A DNA stretch of 64,000 nt from Clostridia bacterium (GCA_045538175.1 JAZSQZ010000044.1:5031-69030), one strand, 5' to 3'; numbered from the stretch's first letter, positions 21,906 through 30,601 are shown. The notes: generated by a model from the sequence alone, not told the origin. Made by a program: numbers and translations.

Positions 21906-24113
21906 ATGGAACAAAAGATAATAATGTGTAACAACTGTGGTGGAGAAGAGATTACACATATTGAAGGCAAAAATTTAGGTATATGTAAGCACTGTGGTGC
22001 AACTATTATTATGCCAAGACCAAATGAAGAAATCATAGGTCTACTTAACACTGCCTATCTTCAAAGGGCAACTTATGATTTTGATGCTGCAATAAAAACT
22101 TACGAATATGTCCTTGATAAAGACTCTCAAGAGAAATCTGCATACGAAGGTTTGTTACTTGCAAAATATGGTATTGAATATATAAAAGACCCAAGGTCAT
22201 CAAAACTAATACCTACTTGCCACAGAACACACTTTAATTCCATTTATGAAGACGATGCCTATTTATCTCTTGTTGCATTATGTGACGAAGAAGAAAAAGA
22301 AATTTTAAAAGACAAATTTGCAAAAATCGATAAACTTCAAAAAGCAATTGCAAAACAGTTAGAAAAAGAAGAAGATTTTGATGTATTTATCTCATACAAA
22401 GCAACTGATGAAAACGGCGAGAAAACTGAAGACAGTGTTATCGCAAGAAACATATACGATAAACTTACCGAAAAGAATTATAAAGTGTTCTTAGCAGAAA
22501 AAACTTTAGAAGATAGGTTAGGTAGTGATTACGAACCTATCATTTTTAAAGCAATACAAACTTCTAAAATATTTGTCCTTGTCGGCACAAAAAAAGAATA
22601 TGTAAATTCTGTTTGGGTAAAAAACGAGTGGACAAGATTTGTTGATAGAATCAAAAACGAAAACAATGGCGAAATTTCTTCACAATCTTTTATACCTGTC
22701 TTTAAAGATATGTCGCCATACGATATGCCAAAAGTCAACAACAAATTTGTCCAAGGCGTTGATGCTTCAAAAATAGGTTATGCAATCACAGTTACCGATG
22801 GCATCACAAAACTTTTAAAACCAAAAGACACAAAAGATGTTATAAAAACTTTCAATGACTTTGAAAATATTGTTGAATTTAAAAGAGTTCAAAAACAAGC
22901 AAAAAAAGAACACCATAAAAAACAAATTTCAAAACTTAAAGAAAACAAATTAAAATATGCTTTATTTTTAACTATGGAAATTTTATGTTTTGTTTTGCCT
23001 CTTGTCATGATAGGAATTTCTTTTACTCAAAAATTTCCATTTTTGCAATATTGTAATTTTTGGATATTCCTAACACTTGGTTTGTTGTGGATAGTATGTT
23101 TTGTATTTGTTTTGGTGTATAAAGGTAAAACAAAAATTTGTCAATCGGTTATAAGAATAGTTTTATCATCAATTTGTATGAGTATGGCACTTTTGTTTAT
23201 GATTTTAACTAGCGTGACTTATACTATTTATGTGGAAATGTGGGGTGGGATAAATCCTGGCAATGTGTGTGGTGTTTATTCAGGTGGATATTATAATATC
23301 GAAAATAACAAAATTACAAGGTTATATAATGTAAAACCAAACAGCGGTAATGATTTTATTGTACCAGAGTATATTAATGGTATTAAAGTAGAATTGCAAA
23401 GTATAAATGGCAATACAAAATATGAAAGTATTTATATAGACACAAAAAACATCAATAAAACAGAAAATTTTTATTTTAATGTCAATGTTGAAAAATTAGA
23501 AATTTCTGGTGAAAAAATTAACAATTTTTATTTTGATAATTATGGTTCTATTGATGAATTGGAAATTTCTTTTCCAGCAGATAGTTTCGAGTTGCACTCT
23601 ACCAAGGTTATAAATAATGTGTCAATAAAAAACAAAATACAACAATTAATTATTATAGAAGGCATTGAATCAATTGATAATTTAATATCACACCTTTCTA
23701 TAGATTCAAGTATGGATAGTTTTAGTATTACAGATTGGGAAGGAGGTACATCAATAGAAAAAGTTTCTATTAATGCTTTAGTTAATAATTTAAGACTGGA
23801 TTTACGCATTGATAAATTTGAAGTAAATACGACTATTAATGATTTAAAAATAGAGAAATTAGGTGGTTGGTATTGGGAAGAAGTAAACACTAATAATAAT
23901 GTTGAAAGATTGACAATTGAGGGTGCTTCCGGAATTAAAAAGATAAAAATTGGAGAGAATATTGACTACATAAAAATTACTGCATATAATGTTAGTGGAA
24001 CTGGAATAGTTGTTTGTTTTGAAGGGGATGAAACTGAATGGAATGCTGTTGAAAAGGATATTCCAGATTACGTTCTCCCAGAAATTACAGTTTTATTTAA
24101 TCAATCAATATAA
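21906..24113 (+). CDS. Zinc-ribbon / TIR-domain / 3-TM / LRR-like ectodomain protein (paralog 2)
   Basis: Zinc ribbon CNNCG..CKHCG. TIR block aa ~157-300 (DFDVFISYKATD ... SVWVKNEWTRF; Glu241 = nt 22626-22628). TM helices at about aa 351-373, 383-405 and 416-443. Repeat-rich C-terminus ending FEGDETEWNAVE. Starts 12 nt after the yfcE-like stop. Confidence 0.8.
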   Translation: MEQKIIMCNNCGGEEITHIEGKNLGICKHCGATIIMPRPNEEIIGLLNTAYLQRATYDFDAAIKTYEYVLDKDSQEKSAYEGLLLAKYGIEYIKDPRSSKLIPTCHRTHFNSIYEDDAYLSLVALCDEEEKEILKDKFAKIDKLQKAIAKQLEKEEDFDVFISYKATDENGEKTEDSVIARNIYDKLTEKNYKVFLAEKTLEDRLGSDYEPIIFKAIQTSKIFVLVGTKKEYVNSVWVKNEWTRFVDRIKNENNGEISSQSFIPVFKDMSPYDMPKVNNKFVQGVDASKIGYAITVTDGITKLLKPKDTKDVIKTFNDFENIVEFKRVQKQAKKEHHKKQISKLKENKLKYALFLTMEILCFVLPLVMIGISFTQKFPFLQYCNFWIFLTLGLLWIVCFVFVLVYKGKTKICQSVIRIVLSSICMSMALLFMILTSVTYTIYVEMWGGINPGNVCGVYSGGYYNIENNKITRLYNVKPNSGNDFIVPEYINGIKVELQSINGNTKYESIYIDTKNINKTENFYFNVNVEKLEISGEKINNFYFDNYGSIDELEISFPADSFELHSTKVINNVSIKNKIQQLIIIEGIESIDNLISHLSIDSSMDSFSITDWEGGTSIEKVSINALVNNLRLDLRIDKFEVNTTINDLKIEKLGGWYWEEVNTNNNVERLTIEGASGIKKIKIGENIDYIKITAYNVSGTGIVVCFEGDETEWNAVEKDIPDYVLPEITVLFNQSI

Positions 24114-24117
24114 AAAC

Positions 24118-24150
24118 AAAAAAGATAAGTGATTTCACTTATCTTTTTTT
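24118..24150. terminator. Bidirectional intrinsic terminator
   Basis: AAAAAAGATAAGTG-ATTT-CACTTATCTTTTTTT. Closely resembles the terminator at 16814-16847. Confidence 0.8.
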
Positions 24151-24622
24151 ATTCATCTTTATTATTTATTTGCATTGAGTATGCTATGTTTTTTAGTCTA
24201 AACCCAAATTTTTCGTAAGTTTTTATGCCAGGTATGTTTTCTTCATTTACAGTTAAGTATAGGTCAGTGCAGTTGTTTTTTAAGGCATACTCTTTTACAA
24301 ACTCTAAAAGTTTTGTGCCGATTCCTTTATGCCTAACGGTTTTGTCAACACACATAGCGTCAATTGATAATTGTTTTCTAAATCGCATAATAGGGTTTGC
24401 TTTTTCTTTAATATCAAATGTTATGTATCCTACAATTTCTTCATTTTCTTTTGCAACAAAAATTTGTGTGTTTTCAATTAAGTTAAAAAATCTTTCTTTA
24501 TCTATTACAATTTCGCTGGAAACAAATATGTCAGGTCTCCAACCGACGTGAAGTTCGTGCACTTGTACGGCAAGGTTGTTGACCTTTTCCCAGTCGTTTT
24601 TATTTGGAACAACAATTTCCAT
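24149..24622 (-). CDS. GNAT family N-acetyltransferase
   Basis: 157 aa. Acetyl-CoA-binding pattern VDKTVRHKGIGTKLLEF ... YEKFGF. Confidence 0.8.
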   Translation of the reverse strand: MEIVVPNKNDWEKVNNLAVQVHELHVGWRPDIFVSSEIVIDKERFFNLIENTQIFVAKENEEIVGYITFDIKEKANPIMRFRKQLSIDAMCVDKTVRHKGIGTKLLEFVKEYALKNNCTDLYLTVNEENIPGIKTYEKFGFRLKNIAYSMQINNKDE

Positions 24623-24634
24623 TTTAGTTTCTCC

Positions 24635-25099
24635 TTAATTTTGTGGATTTGTTGAACCAAAACCCCCTTTTCTAACGACGGTTGATTCAACATCATCATC
24701 TACGGTCAAGAATTTAAAGAAGAAGATTTGACCGATTTTATCTCCTTTCTTTATGTGATAAGTTGTTTTGTTTAGGTTATGAAGCAAAAATCCAATGTTT
24801 CCGTCGTTGCTCTCATTATCTGCATAATCGCTTTCAATTATGCCGATACCATTTGCAAGAATAATTCCTTTTTTGCCCAAACCACTTGTTGAAGCAAGAA
24901 TATATCCTTCGTCGTGGTTGCAATATGCTTTAAAATTTATAAAAACAAGTTCGGTTGATTGTGCTTCAATGTCAATATCAATAGGTGAAAAGCAGTCATA
25001 ACAGACTGCATATTTTGTTGCCCTATAAGGTTTCTTTAGTTCTTCTTTTTTCACACCATACTTTAAAAATTCGTCTTTAACTATCTCAAACTTTCTCAT
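24635..25099 (-). CDS. dut: dUTP diphosphatase (trimeric dUTPase, YncF/YosS-like)
   Basis: GIGIIESDYADNES ... IKKGDKIGQIFFFKF ... RKGGFGSTN, parallel to the B. subtilis YncF motifs. Confidence 0.8.
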   Translation of the reverse strand: MRKFEIVKDEFLKYGVKKEELKKPYRATKYAVCYDCFSPIDIDIEAQSTELVFINFKAYCNHDEGYILASTSGLGKKGIILANGIGIIESDYADNESNDGNIGFLLHNLNKTTYHIKKGDKIGQIFFFKFLTVDDDVESTVVRKGGFGSTNPQN

Positions 25100-25252
25100 A
25101 ATTTCTCTCCTTAAAGTATTGTATCACACATAGTAAAAGTAGTCAAAGTTTATAAATTGTTGCTTTGCACAAATAAATATTTCCTAAAACTCTTTTATTT
25201 TACAATACAAAAAATTTTTAGTGTGATATAATTTTTCTATTAAGGGGATAAA

Positions 25253-28200
25253 ATGGAAACAGAAGAACTTTACGAGAAACTCTTTAACCTAAGAGAAAAG
25301 TTAAAAAGAAAATTTCAATCAAACGGCAGAATGCCAAACATCTGTAGTGACGAATCTTTAAGAGAAATCGCAACAAGAGCACCACGCCAAAAAGATGACT
25401 TGCTTGGTATCGGTGGAATAGGAGATACCTTTGTCGAAAAATATGGCGACTTTTTTATGGTCTATCTTAATCAATATCACAGAAGCCACGTAAAACTTAC
25501 AGAACTTAAAAAAGAAGTCAAAAACACACTTAAAAACTTAGAAAACAGACTTGTAAACATAAGCAAGAAAAATCGTCTTTTATATATGGGCAAAATTCAC
25601 AGCAAATATGCTTACGATATGTTTTGTGATAATGACGAATTTAATGATTCCGTTGCAGGGCTTTTAATGGGCAAACTCTCAAAACTCAACATAACTGCTG
25701 CAACTGACGACATTGAAGAAAAGGAAAGAAGATTTAAAAAAGTCTTACCTTTAATTAGAGAAGTCAACAAAGAGTTTAGAGAAAGTGGACAGTATGATTT
25801 ATATATTGGCTATCCTTTTGTTATGGGTAAAACTAAGGGCGAAGACTTTAATGTTAGGGCACCACTTATGTTGTTTCCTGTAACATATGAGCGAAAAGAC
25901 CAAGATGTTATCTTAAGATTAGACAAAACAAAAGACATTATGTACAACAGCAACCTAATCTTGATGCAAAACAAATTCTTAAACAAAAATGGGGAACTTC
26001 CAAATCATATCTTAGAAGAAGTTAACACACAAACAATCATCGAAGATATGAAAAATTTTTACGAAACAAACGATATTACGCTTAACATAACAGATAGTTC
26101 CTACATAAATCAAAAGTTAAACGATATCAAAGCAGACGAGTTTCCAAAGTTTAACTCCGGCGAGTTTCAAGTTTTGTCTAGTGCAGTTTTAGGTAAGTTC
26201 TCACTTTACTCAACAGCACTTCAAAAAGACTTTAAAAAGATTATCGAAGGCGACGAAATCAACACAACTTTAAACGAACTTATTTCAAATATGGATTCAA
26301 TCAATGTTTACGACGAAGATTTAACCGAAGACGAAACTGTTGAAGAACCATATATCACTTTCCAAGAAAACAATATCAGCTACATTAACGACCTTAACTC
26401 TTCTCAAGAGCAAGCCATTATGGCAATTGATAAAAACGATAAACTTGTTATTCAAGGCCCTCCGGGAACAGGTAAATCACAAACAATCACCTCACTAATT
26501 GCTGATGCTGTAAACAAGGGTAAAAATGTTTTGATGGTTTCTCAAAAGAAAGCAGCGCTAGATGTTATTTATTCTCGCTTGGGTCACCTTTCAAAATTTG
26601 CAATTATGTTAAACGATGTTAAAGATAAAGTTGGTTTTTATAATCAACTTAACAACTTGTTTAACTGTGATAAAATTTTTAAGTTTGAAAGATTAGCGTA
26701 CGAAAAGTTGTCAACAAACATTGACACAAATATTAAAAACTTAGAAACGATTGCAAACAAGTTATACACATTTAAAACTAATGGTGTTGGCATATACCAA
26801 ATTTATCAAGATAGTTCAAACAACACCTTTAAAACATCACAACCTTTTGAAAATGTTTTTTATCAAAACACAAATCAAAAATTGTTAAGTGTAGGCTATA
26901 GTGAACTTAAAGAAATTAAAGAAAAGTTTGAAAATATTGATATTTTGCAAGCAGGCATTGATTTTGCAATTGCAAATGAAAATTATGGTTGGCTTGAAGA
27001 TGTCAAAAAAGATTTATCACTTTTTGACTTTAACAATATTCAAGCAGAGTTTGAAAAGTTTGCAACATCTCAATTAGAGTTTTTAAAACTAGGCTTCTTT
27101 AAGCGTCTATCAAAAAAAGGCGAACAAAAAAGAGCTTTAAAACAAATTTATAAAACATATTTTAACAAGCGCAGAAGTTTTAAAGAGATATTTAAAAATC
27201 CACAAAAACTTGCTGACGGCATAAAACTTTATGATGATTATCAAAACACAAAACTTGTAAGTGCTTCATTTAGCGAAAATGAAAAACTTTATGTTTCAAC
27301 TCTTGCAAAAATTCATATGCAAGATAGCGCAGTTGCAAAAAATGATTACTTATTCGACTTTATTACAAGTTGTATCACAAAGCAATTCGAAAATCAAAAC
27401 CGTGATGTTTTTGTAAATATTTCTAACTTTAATTATATTAGAGATTCAATTATCGCTTGCATAAATGAGAAAAAAGAATACACAAAAGAGAAACTTAAAA
27501 GCGTTGTTGTTTCTACATACCGAAAGGAACTTTTAAGGTCAAAGAGATATTTCGAAATTTGCAGGCAACTTGAAAGCACAAGAAAGTGGGATATTACAAA
27601 GTTCTTAAAGAAATTCGACTTTGAATTGTTCAAAGGTGTAAAAGTTTGGCTTATGACACCAGAGTCTGTTTCAGAAGTTTTACCACTTGAAAAAGGCCTT
27701 TTTGATTTGCTTATATTCGATGAAGCATCACAAATTTATATCGAAAGGGGTATCCCTGCTATTGCAAGAGCAAAGAAAGTTGTTATTGCAGGCGACCACA
27801 AACAACTTCGTCCTTCAAGTTTAGGCTTTGGAAGATTAGAATACGAAGACGACGAGATGAGTGAAGAAGAACTCGAAACAAACGCAGCCCTAGAAGAAGA
27901 AAGTTTGCTTGACCTTGCAAGATTTAAGTATCCATCAGTTATGCTTAATTATCACTATAGGTCAAAGTACGAAGAACTTATCAATTTCTCAAACTATGCC
28001 TTCTATAAAGGACGCCTTAATGTTTCGCCAAACATTGAAAAACCTGCTACACCACCAATCGAATTTATCAAAATTGATAATGGTATGTGGGTAAACAGAT
28101 GCAACAAGGTTGAAGCTGTAAAAGTTGTAGAAACAATCAAAAACTTCTTAAAAACTAGAAAGAAAAACGAAACATTAGGTGTTATTACATTTAACACAAA

Positions 28201-28981
28201 CCAAAGAGATGCAATCTTAGATGAGATTGATAGCGAATGCCTAAAAGATAAAACATTTGCAAGTCTTTATAAAAAAGAGTTCGACAGAAAAGAAGATGGC
28301 GAAGACAAAGGCTTGTTTGTAAAAAATATCGAAAACGTTCAAGGGGACGAGAGAGATTGTATTATCTTCTCAATAGGATACGCCAAAAACGAACAAGGCA
28401 AAATTGTTAGAAACTTTGGTTGGTTAAATCAACAAGGTGGCGAAAATCGTCTTAATGTTGCAATTTCAAGAGCAAAGAGAAAAATCTTTGTTATCACATC
28501 ACTTGCTCCACACGAACTTGTTACAGACGACCTTAAAAACGAAGGTCCAAAGTTATTTAGAAAATATCTAGAATATTGTTATGCTGTTTCAACAGACAAT
28601 CCTTACGAAGTTGATAGAATTTTATCTTCAATCGGCACAAAGCAAGAAGAAATATTAGAAGATATTGTTTCAACTGATTTCGAAAACGATGTTTATAATG
28701 CTTTAACCCAAAATGGTCTTGTGGTTGATAGAGAAGTCGGTGCTGGGGGATATAAAATCGACTTTGCAATAAAAAACCAAGAAGGGAAGTACTTGCTTGG
28801 AATTGAGTGCGACGGTAAATTATACGGAAGCAATATGAAAACAAGGGAAAGAGATATTTATAGACAACAATACCTAGAAATTAGGGGTTGGAATATCTAT
28901 AGATTGTGGACAACAAATTGGTTTAAAAACAAAGACCAAGAGATTCAAAACATTTTAAACAAATTGCAAAACTTAAAATAA
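25253..28981 (+). CDS. HRDC / DUF4011-like / SF1 (Upf1-DNA2-like) helicase / Vsr-DUF559-like endonuclease fusion protein
   Basis: 1242 aa. N-terminal HRDC-like ICSDESLREIATRAPRQKDDLLGIGGIGDTFVEKYG. DUF4011-like NRLLYMGK ... YIGYPFVMGK ... RAPLMLFPV. Walker A GPPGTGKSQT (aa 402-411) and Walker B IFDEASQI. Further helicase motifs GDHKQLRP, YRSKYEELINFSN, VQGDERDCIIFS and LNVAISRAKRKIFV. C-terminal YKIDFAI ... LGIECDG ... RGWNIYRLW (PD-(D/E)xK, Vsr-like). Confidence 0.8.
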   Translation: METEELYEKLFNLREKLKRKFQSNGRMPNICSDESLREIATRAPRQKDDLLGIGGIGDTFVEKYGDFFMVYLNQYHRSHVKLTELKKEVKNTLKNLENRLVNISKKNRLLYMGKIHSKYAYDMFCDNDEFNDSVAGLLMGKLSKLNITAATDDIEEKERRFKKVLPLIREVNKEFRESGQYDLYIGYPFVMGKTKGEDFNVRAPLMLFPVTYERKDQDVILRLDKTKDIMYNSNLILMQNKFLNKNGELPNHILEEVNTQTIIEDMKNFYETNDITLNITDSSYINQKLNDIKADEFPKFNSGEFQVLSSAVLGKFSLYSTALQKDFKKIIEGDEINTTLNELISNMDSINVYDEDLTEDETVEEPYITFQENNISYINDLNSSQEQAIMAIDKNDKLVIQGPPGTGKSQTITSLIADAVNKGKNVLMVSQKKAALDVIYSRLGHLSKFAIMLNDVKDKVGFYNQLNNLFNCDKIFKFERLAYEKLSTNIDTNIKNLETIANKLYTFKTNGVGIYQIYQDSSNNTFKTSQPFENVFYQNTNQKLLSVGYSELKEIKEKFENIDILQAGIDFAIANENYGWLEDVKKDLSLFDFNNIQAEFEKFATSQLEFLKLGFFKRLSKKGEQKRALKQIYKTYFNKRRSFKEIFKNPQKLADGIKLYDDYQNTKLVSASFSENEKLYVSTLAKIHMQDSAVAKNDYLFDFITSCITKQFENQNRDVFVNISNFNYIRDSIIACINEKKEYTKEKLKSVVVSTYRKELLRSKRYFEICRQLESTRKWDITKFLKKFDFELFKGVKVWLMTPESVSEVLPLEKGLFDLLIFDEASQIYIERGIPAIARAKKVVIAGDHKQLRPSSLGFGRLEYEDDEMSEEELETNAALEEESLLDLARFKYPSVMLNYHYRSKYEELINFSNYAFYKGRLNVSPNIEKPATPPIEFIKIDNGMWVNRCNKVEAVKVVETIKNFLKTRKKNETLGVITFNTNQRDAILDEIDSECLKDKTFASLYKKEFDRKEDGEDKGLFVKNIENVQGDERDCIIFSIGYAKNEQGKIVRNFGWLNQQGGENRLNVAISRAKRKIFVITSLAPHELVTDDLKNEGPKLFRKYLEYCYAVSTDNPYEVDRILSSIGTKQEEILEDIVSTDFENDVYNALTQNGLVVDREVGAGGYKIDFAIKNQEGKYLLGIECDGKLYGSNMKTRERDIYRQQYLEIRGWNIYRLWTTNWFKNKDQEIQNILNKLQNLK

Positions 28982-28983
28982 TA

Positions 28984-29011
28984 AAAAGAGCACACATTTG
29001 TGCTCTTTTTT
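28984..29011 (+). terminator. Intrinsic terminator after the helicase-nuclease gene
   Basis: AGAGCACA-CATT-TGTGCTCT followed by T6. Confidence 0.85.
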
Positions 29012-29096
29012 ATCAAAATTTTTATAAAAAATAGTGTTTTGTTTGGAAAGTTTTTAAGTTTTGTTTATAATGGAGTTGTAGAAAGGAGAAATATTT

Positions 29097-29399
29097 ATGA
29101 TAGACGATTACAATTCAAATCCCATGAAACTCTTAACAGGGTTATGTGCAACTGTTATGACAGTTGTTTATGGATTATTCCTAACTAATATGATTTGGGG
29201 ATATATTCCTGCTGACCACTTTGTTTTGCCACTTATCACAAACCTAATGTATTATGGTCCACTTACATTGTGTGCTGTTTGTTCTGTTTCACTTGTTTGG
29301 AAGAAATCACTTTTAATTAAAATTGCCTTTATTGTTGTTTGGGCTTCAATTATTATCTTCTCATTCTTCCCATCAGTATTTGTAGAACTTTTTGCATAA
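29097..29399 (+). CDS. Small 3-TM membrane protein (paralog of 30768-31103)
   Basis: 100 aa, RBS AAAGGAGAAA. Shares its C-terminal pattern (IIIFSFFPSVFVELF vs VIIFQFFPGVWAEF) and overall helix layout with the 111-aa protein. Confidence 0.65.
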   Translation: MIDDYNSNPMKLLTGLCATVMTVVYGLFLTNMIWGYIPADHFVLPLITNLMYYGPLTLCAVCSVSLVWKKSLLIKIAFIVVWASIIIFSFFPSVFVELFA

Positions 29400-29421
29400 A
29401 ATAAAAGGAGAAATGTAAGAT

Positions 29422-30486
29422 ATGAAATTATTTTGGTCATTATTATTATGCGCTGTTGTTATATTCGCACCATCTACTATTTCTGCTGCTCAAACTCCAA
29501 GAATAAATACTGCAAACATTGAGTGTAGAGAATATCAAGACAGCATTTCTAACGAAACAATGTTCGCCCTAGGTGTTGAAGCGTACCAAAATCTTTGGGG
29601 GAGTGTTGTAAAATGGATGGCAAAGGTTGAAGACAACAAAGTAAATGGTTGGATTCACAAATATACATATGACGGTAAAGAAGATTTTAGTTGTACCGTT
29701 TGGGAAAACAAATATAACCCAAATTCTTACGCCTTTGTTTTGTCTGGTACAGACAATTTGTTAAGAGAACCTTTTGCAACATATTTGCCAATGATGACAA
29801 ATGAAGAGCTTTGTCCACAACTCTTAGAGACTGTTGAACAAGCAAAAGCAATGAGAAACCATAATGGCATAAACAGAATTGATCACTTGTATATCACAGG
29901 TTATTCTTTAGGTGGTTACTTATCAAACTTTTTAGGAACAGAGCTTGTAGATGATGCAAATGGATATGAAAGTAATGTTAAATTAAGTGATTTTAGTAAT
30001 ACACTTAAAATTGAAAATGTAAAGTGTGTTTCATATGCGGCACCTGGTTTTTATATTGAAAAATTGAATATTCCAAAAATAAATGATATTATTGATGGAA
30101 TAGAAAACGCTGTAAATAATGTTACAACTTGGACAAAAGCAAAGATGGAAAGGGACGACCAAGGTCTTTACGATAAAACTATCACAAATATTTTAAATGG
30201 TAGGGATCCTGTTGCAAACTTACCAATCACAATTAAAAACTTATTGAAAGGTTTGGGAGAAACTATTGATATAAAAGTTCCAGAGAAAAGTTTTAGACAA
30301 GTTGGAAAAATAATTAGGGTTGAAAACCCAGGCAATCCTCCACTTGCAAATACACCACTTATTGGAAAACTTGTTGAGGCTTTTGCAAATGGGGCAGGAC
30401 CTGTTGGCGAAGTATTATACCATGCACCAGATACATATTTTAGATGTATTGAAATGATAGAAGAAGGAAAATGTACAATTTTATAA
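29422..30486 (+). CDS. Secreted alpha/beta-hydrolase, class-3 lipase / DUF2974-like
   Basis: Signal peptide MKLFWSLLLCAVVIFAPSTISAA. Nucleophile elbow ITGYSLGGYLS (GxSxG). RBS AAAGGAGAAA. Confidence 0.65.
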   Translation: MKLFWSLLLCAVVIFAPSTISAAQTPRINTANIECREYQDSISNETMFALGVEAYQNLWGSVVKWMAKVEDNKVNGWIHKYTYDGKEDFSCTVWENKYNPNSYAFVLSGTDNLLREPFATYLPMMTNEELCPQLLETVEQAKAMRNHNGINRIDHLYITGYSLGGYLSNFLGTELVDDANGYESNVKLSDFSNTLKIENVKCVSYAAPGFYIEKLNIPKINDIIDGIENAVNNVTTWTKAKMERDDQGLYDKTITNILNGRDPVANLPITIKNLLKGLGETIDIKVPEKSFRQVGKIIRVENPGNPPLANTPLIGKLVEAFANGAGPVGEVLYHAPDTYFRCIEMIEEGKCTIL

Positions 30487-30493
30487 AAACAAA

Positions 30494-30524
30494 AAAAGAA
30501 ACCTAAACTTAGGTTTCTTTTTTG
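30494..30524 (+). terminator. Intrinsic terminator after the lipase-like gene
   Basis: AGAAACCTA-AACT-TAGGTTTCT followed by T5. It abuts the 3' end of the tRNA on the opposite strand. Confidence 0.8.
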
Positions 30525-30601
30525 TGGTGCACCCATAGGGACTCGAACCCCAAACCTTCACGTCCGTAGCGTGACGCTCTATCCAATTGCGCTATGAGTG
30601 C
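30525..30601 (-). tRNA. tRNA-Arg (anticodon ACG), CCA encoded
   Basis: Reverse complement is GCACTCATAGCGCAATTGGATAGAGCGTCACGCTACGGACGTGAAGGTTTGGGGTTCGAGTCCCTATGGGTGCACCA. 7-bp acceptor stem, anticodon loop CTACGGA, T-loop GGTTCGAGTCC. Confidence 0.9.

Noticed and set aside
24635-25099. dUTPase as a marker of a prophage or PICI next to the helicase-nuclease gene
   Set aside because: No other phage-like genes (integrase, repressor, terminase, capsid) are in the vicinity. The gene is flanked by a GNAT gene and ordinary terminators, so it is most simply the housekeeping dut.
29000-29188. 62-aa ORF overlapping the terminator of the helicase gene and the start of the small membrane protein gene
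   Set aside because: It begins inside a terminator hairpin, has no RBS, and overlaps the better-supported 29097 ORF (which has an RBS) in another frame.
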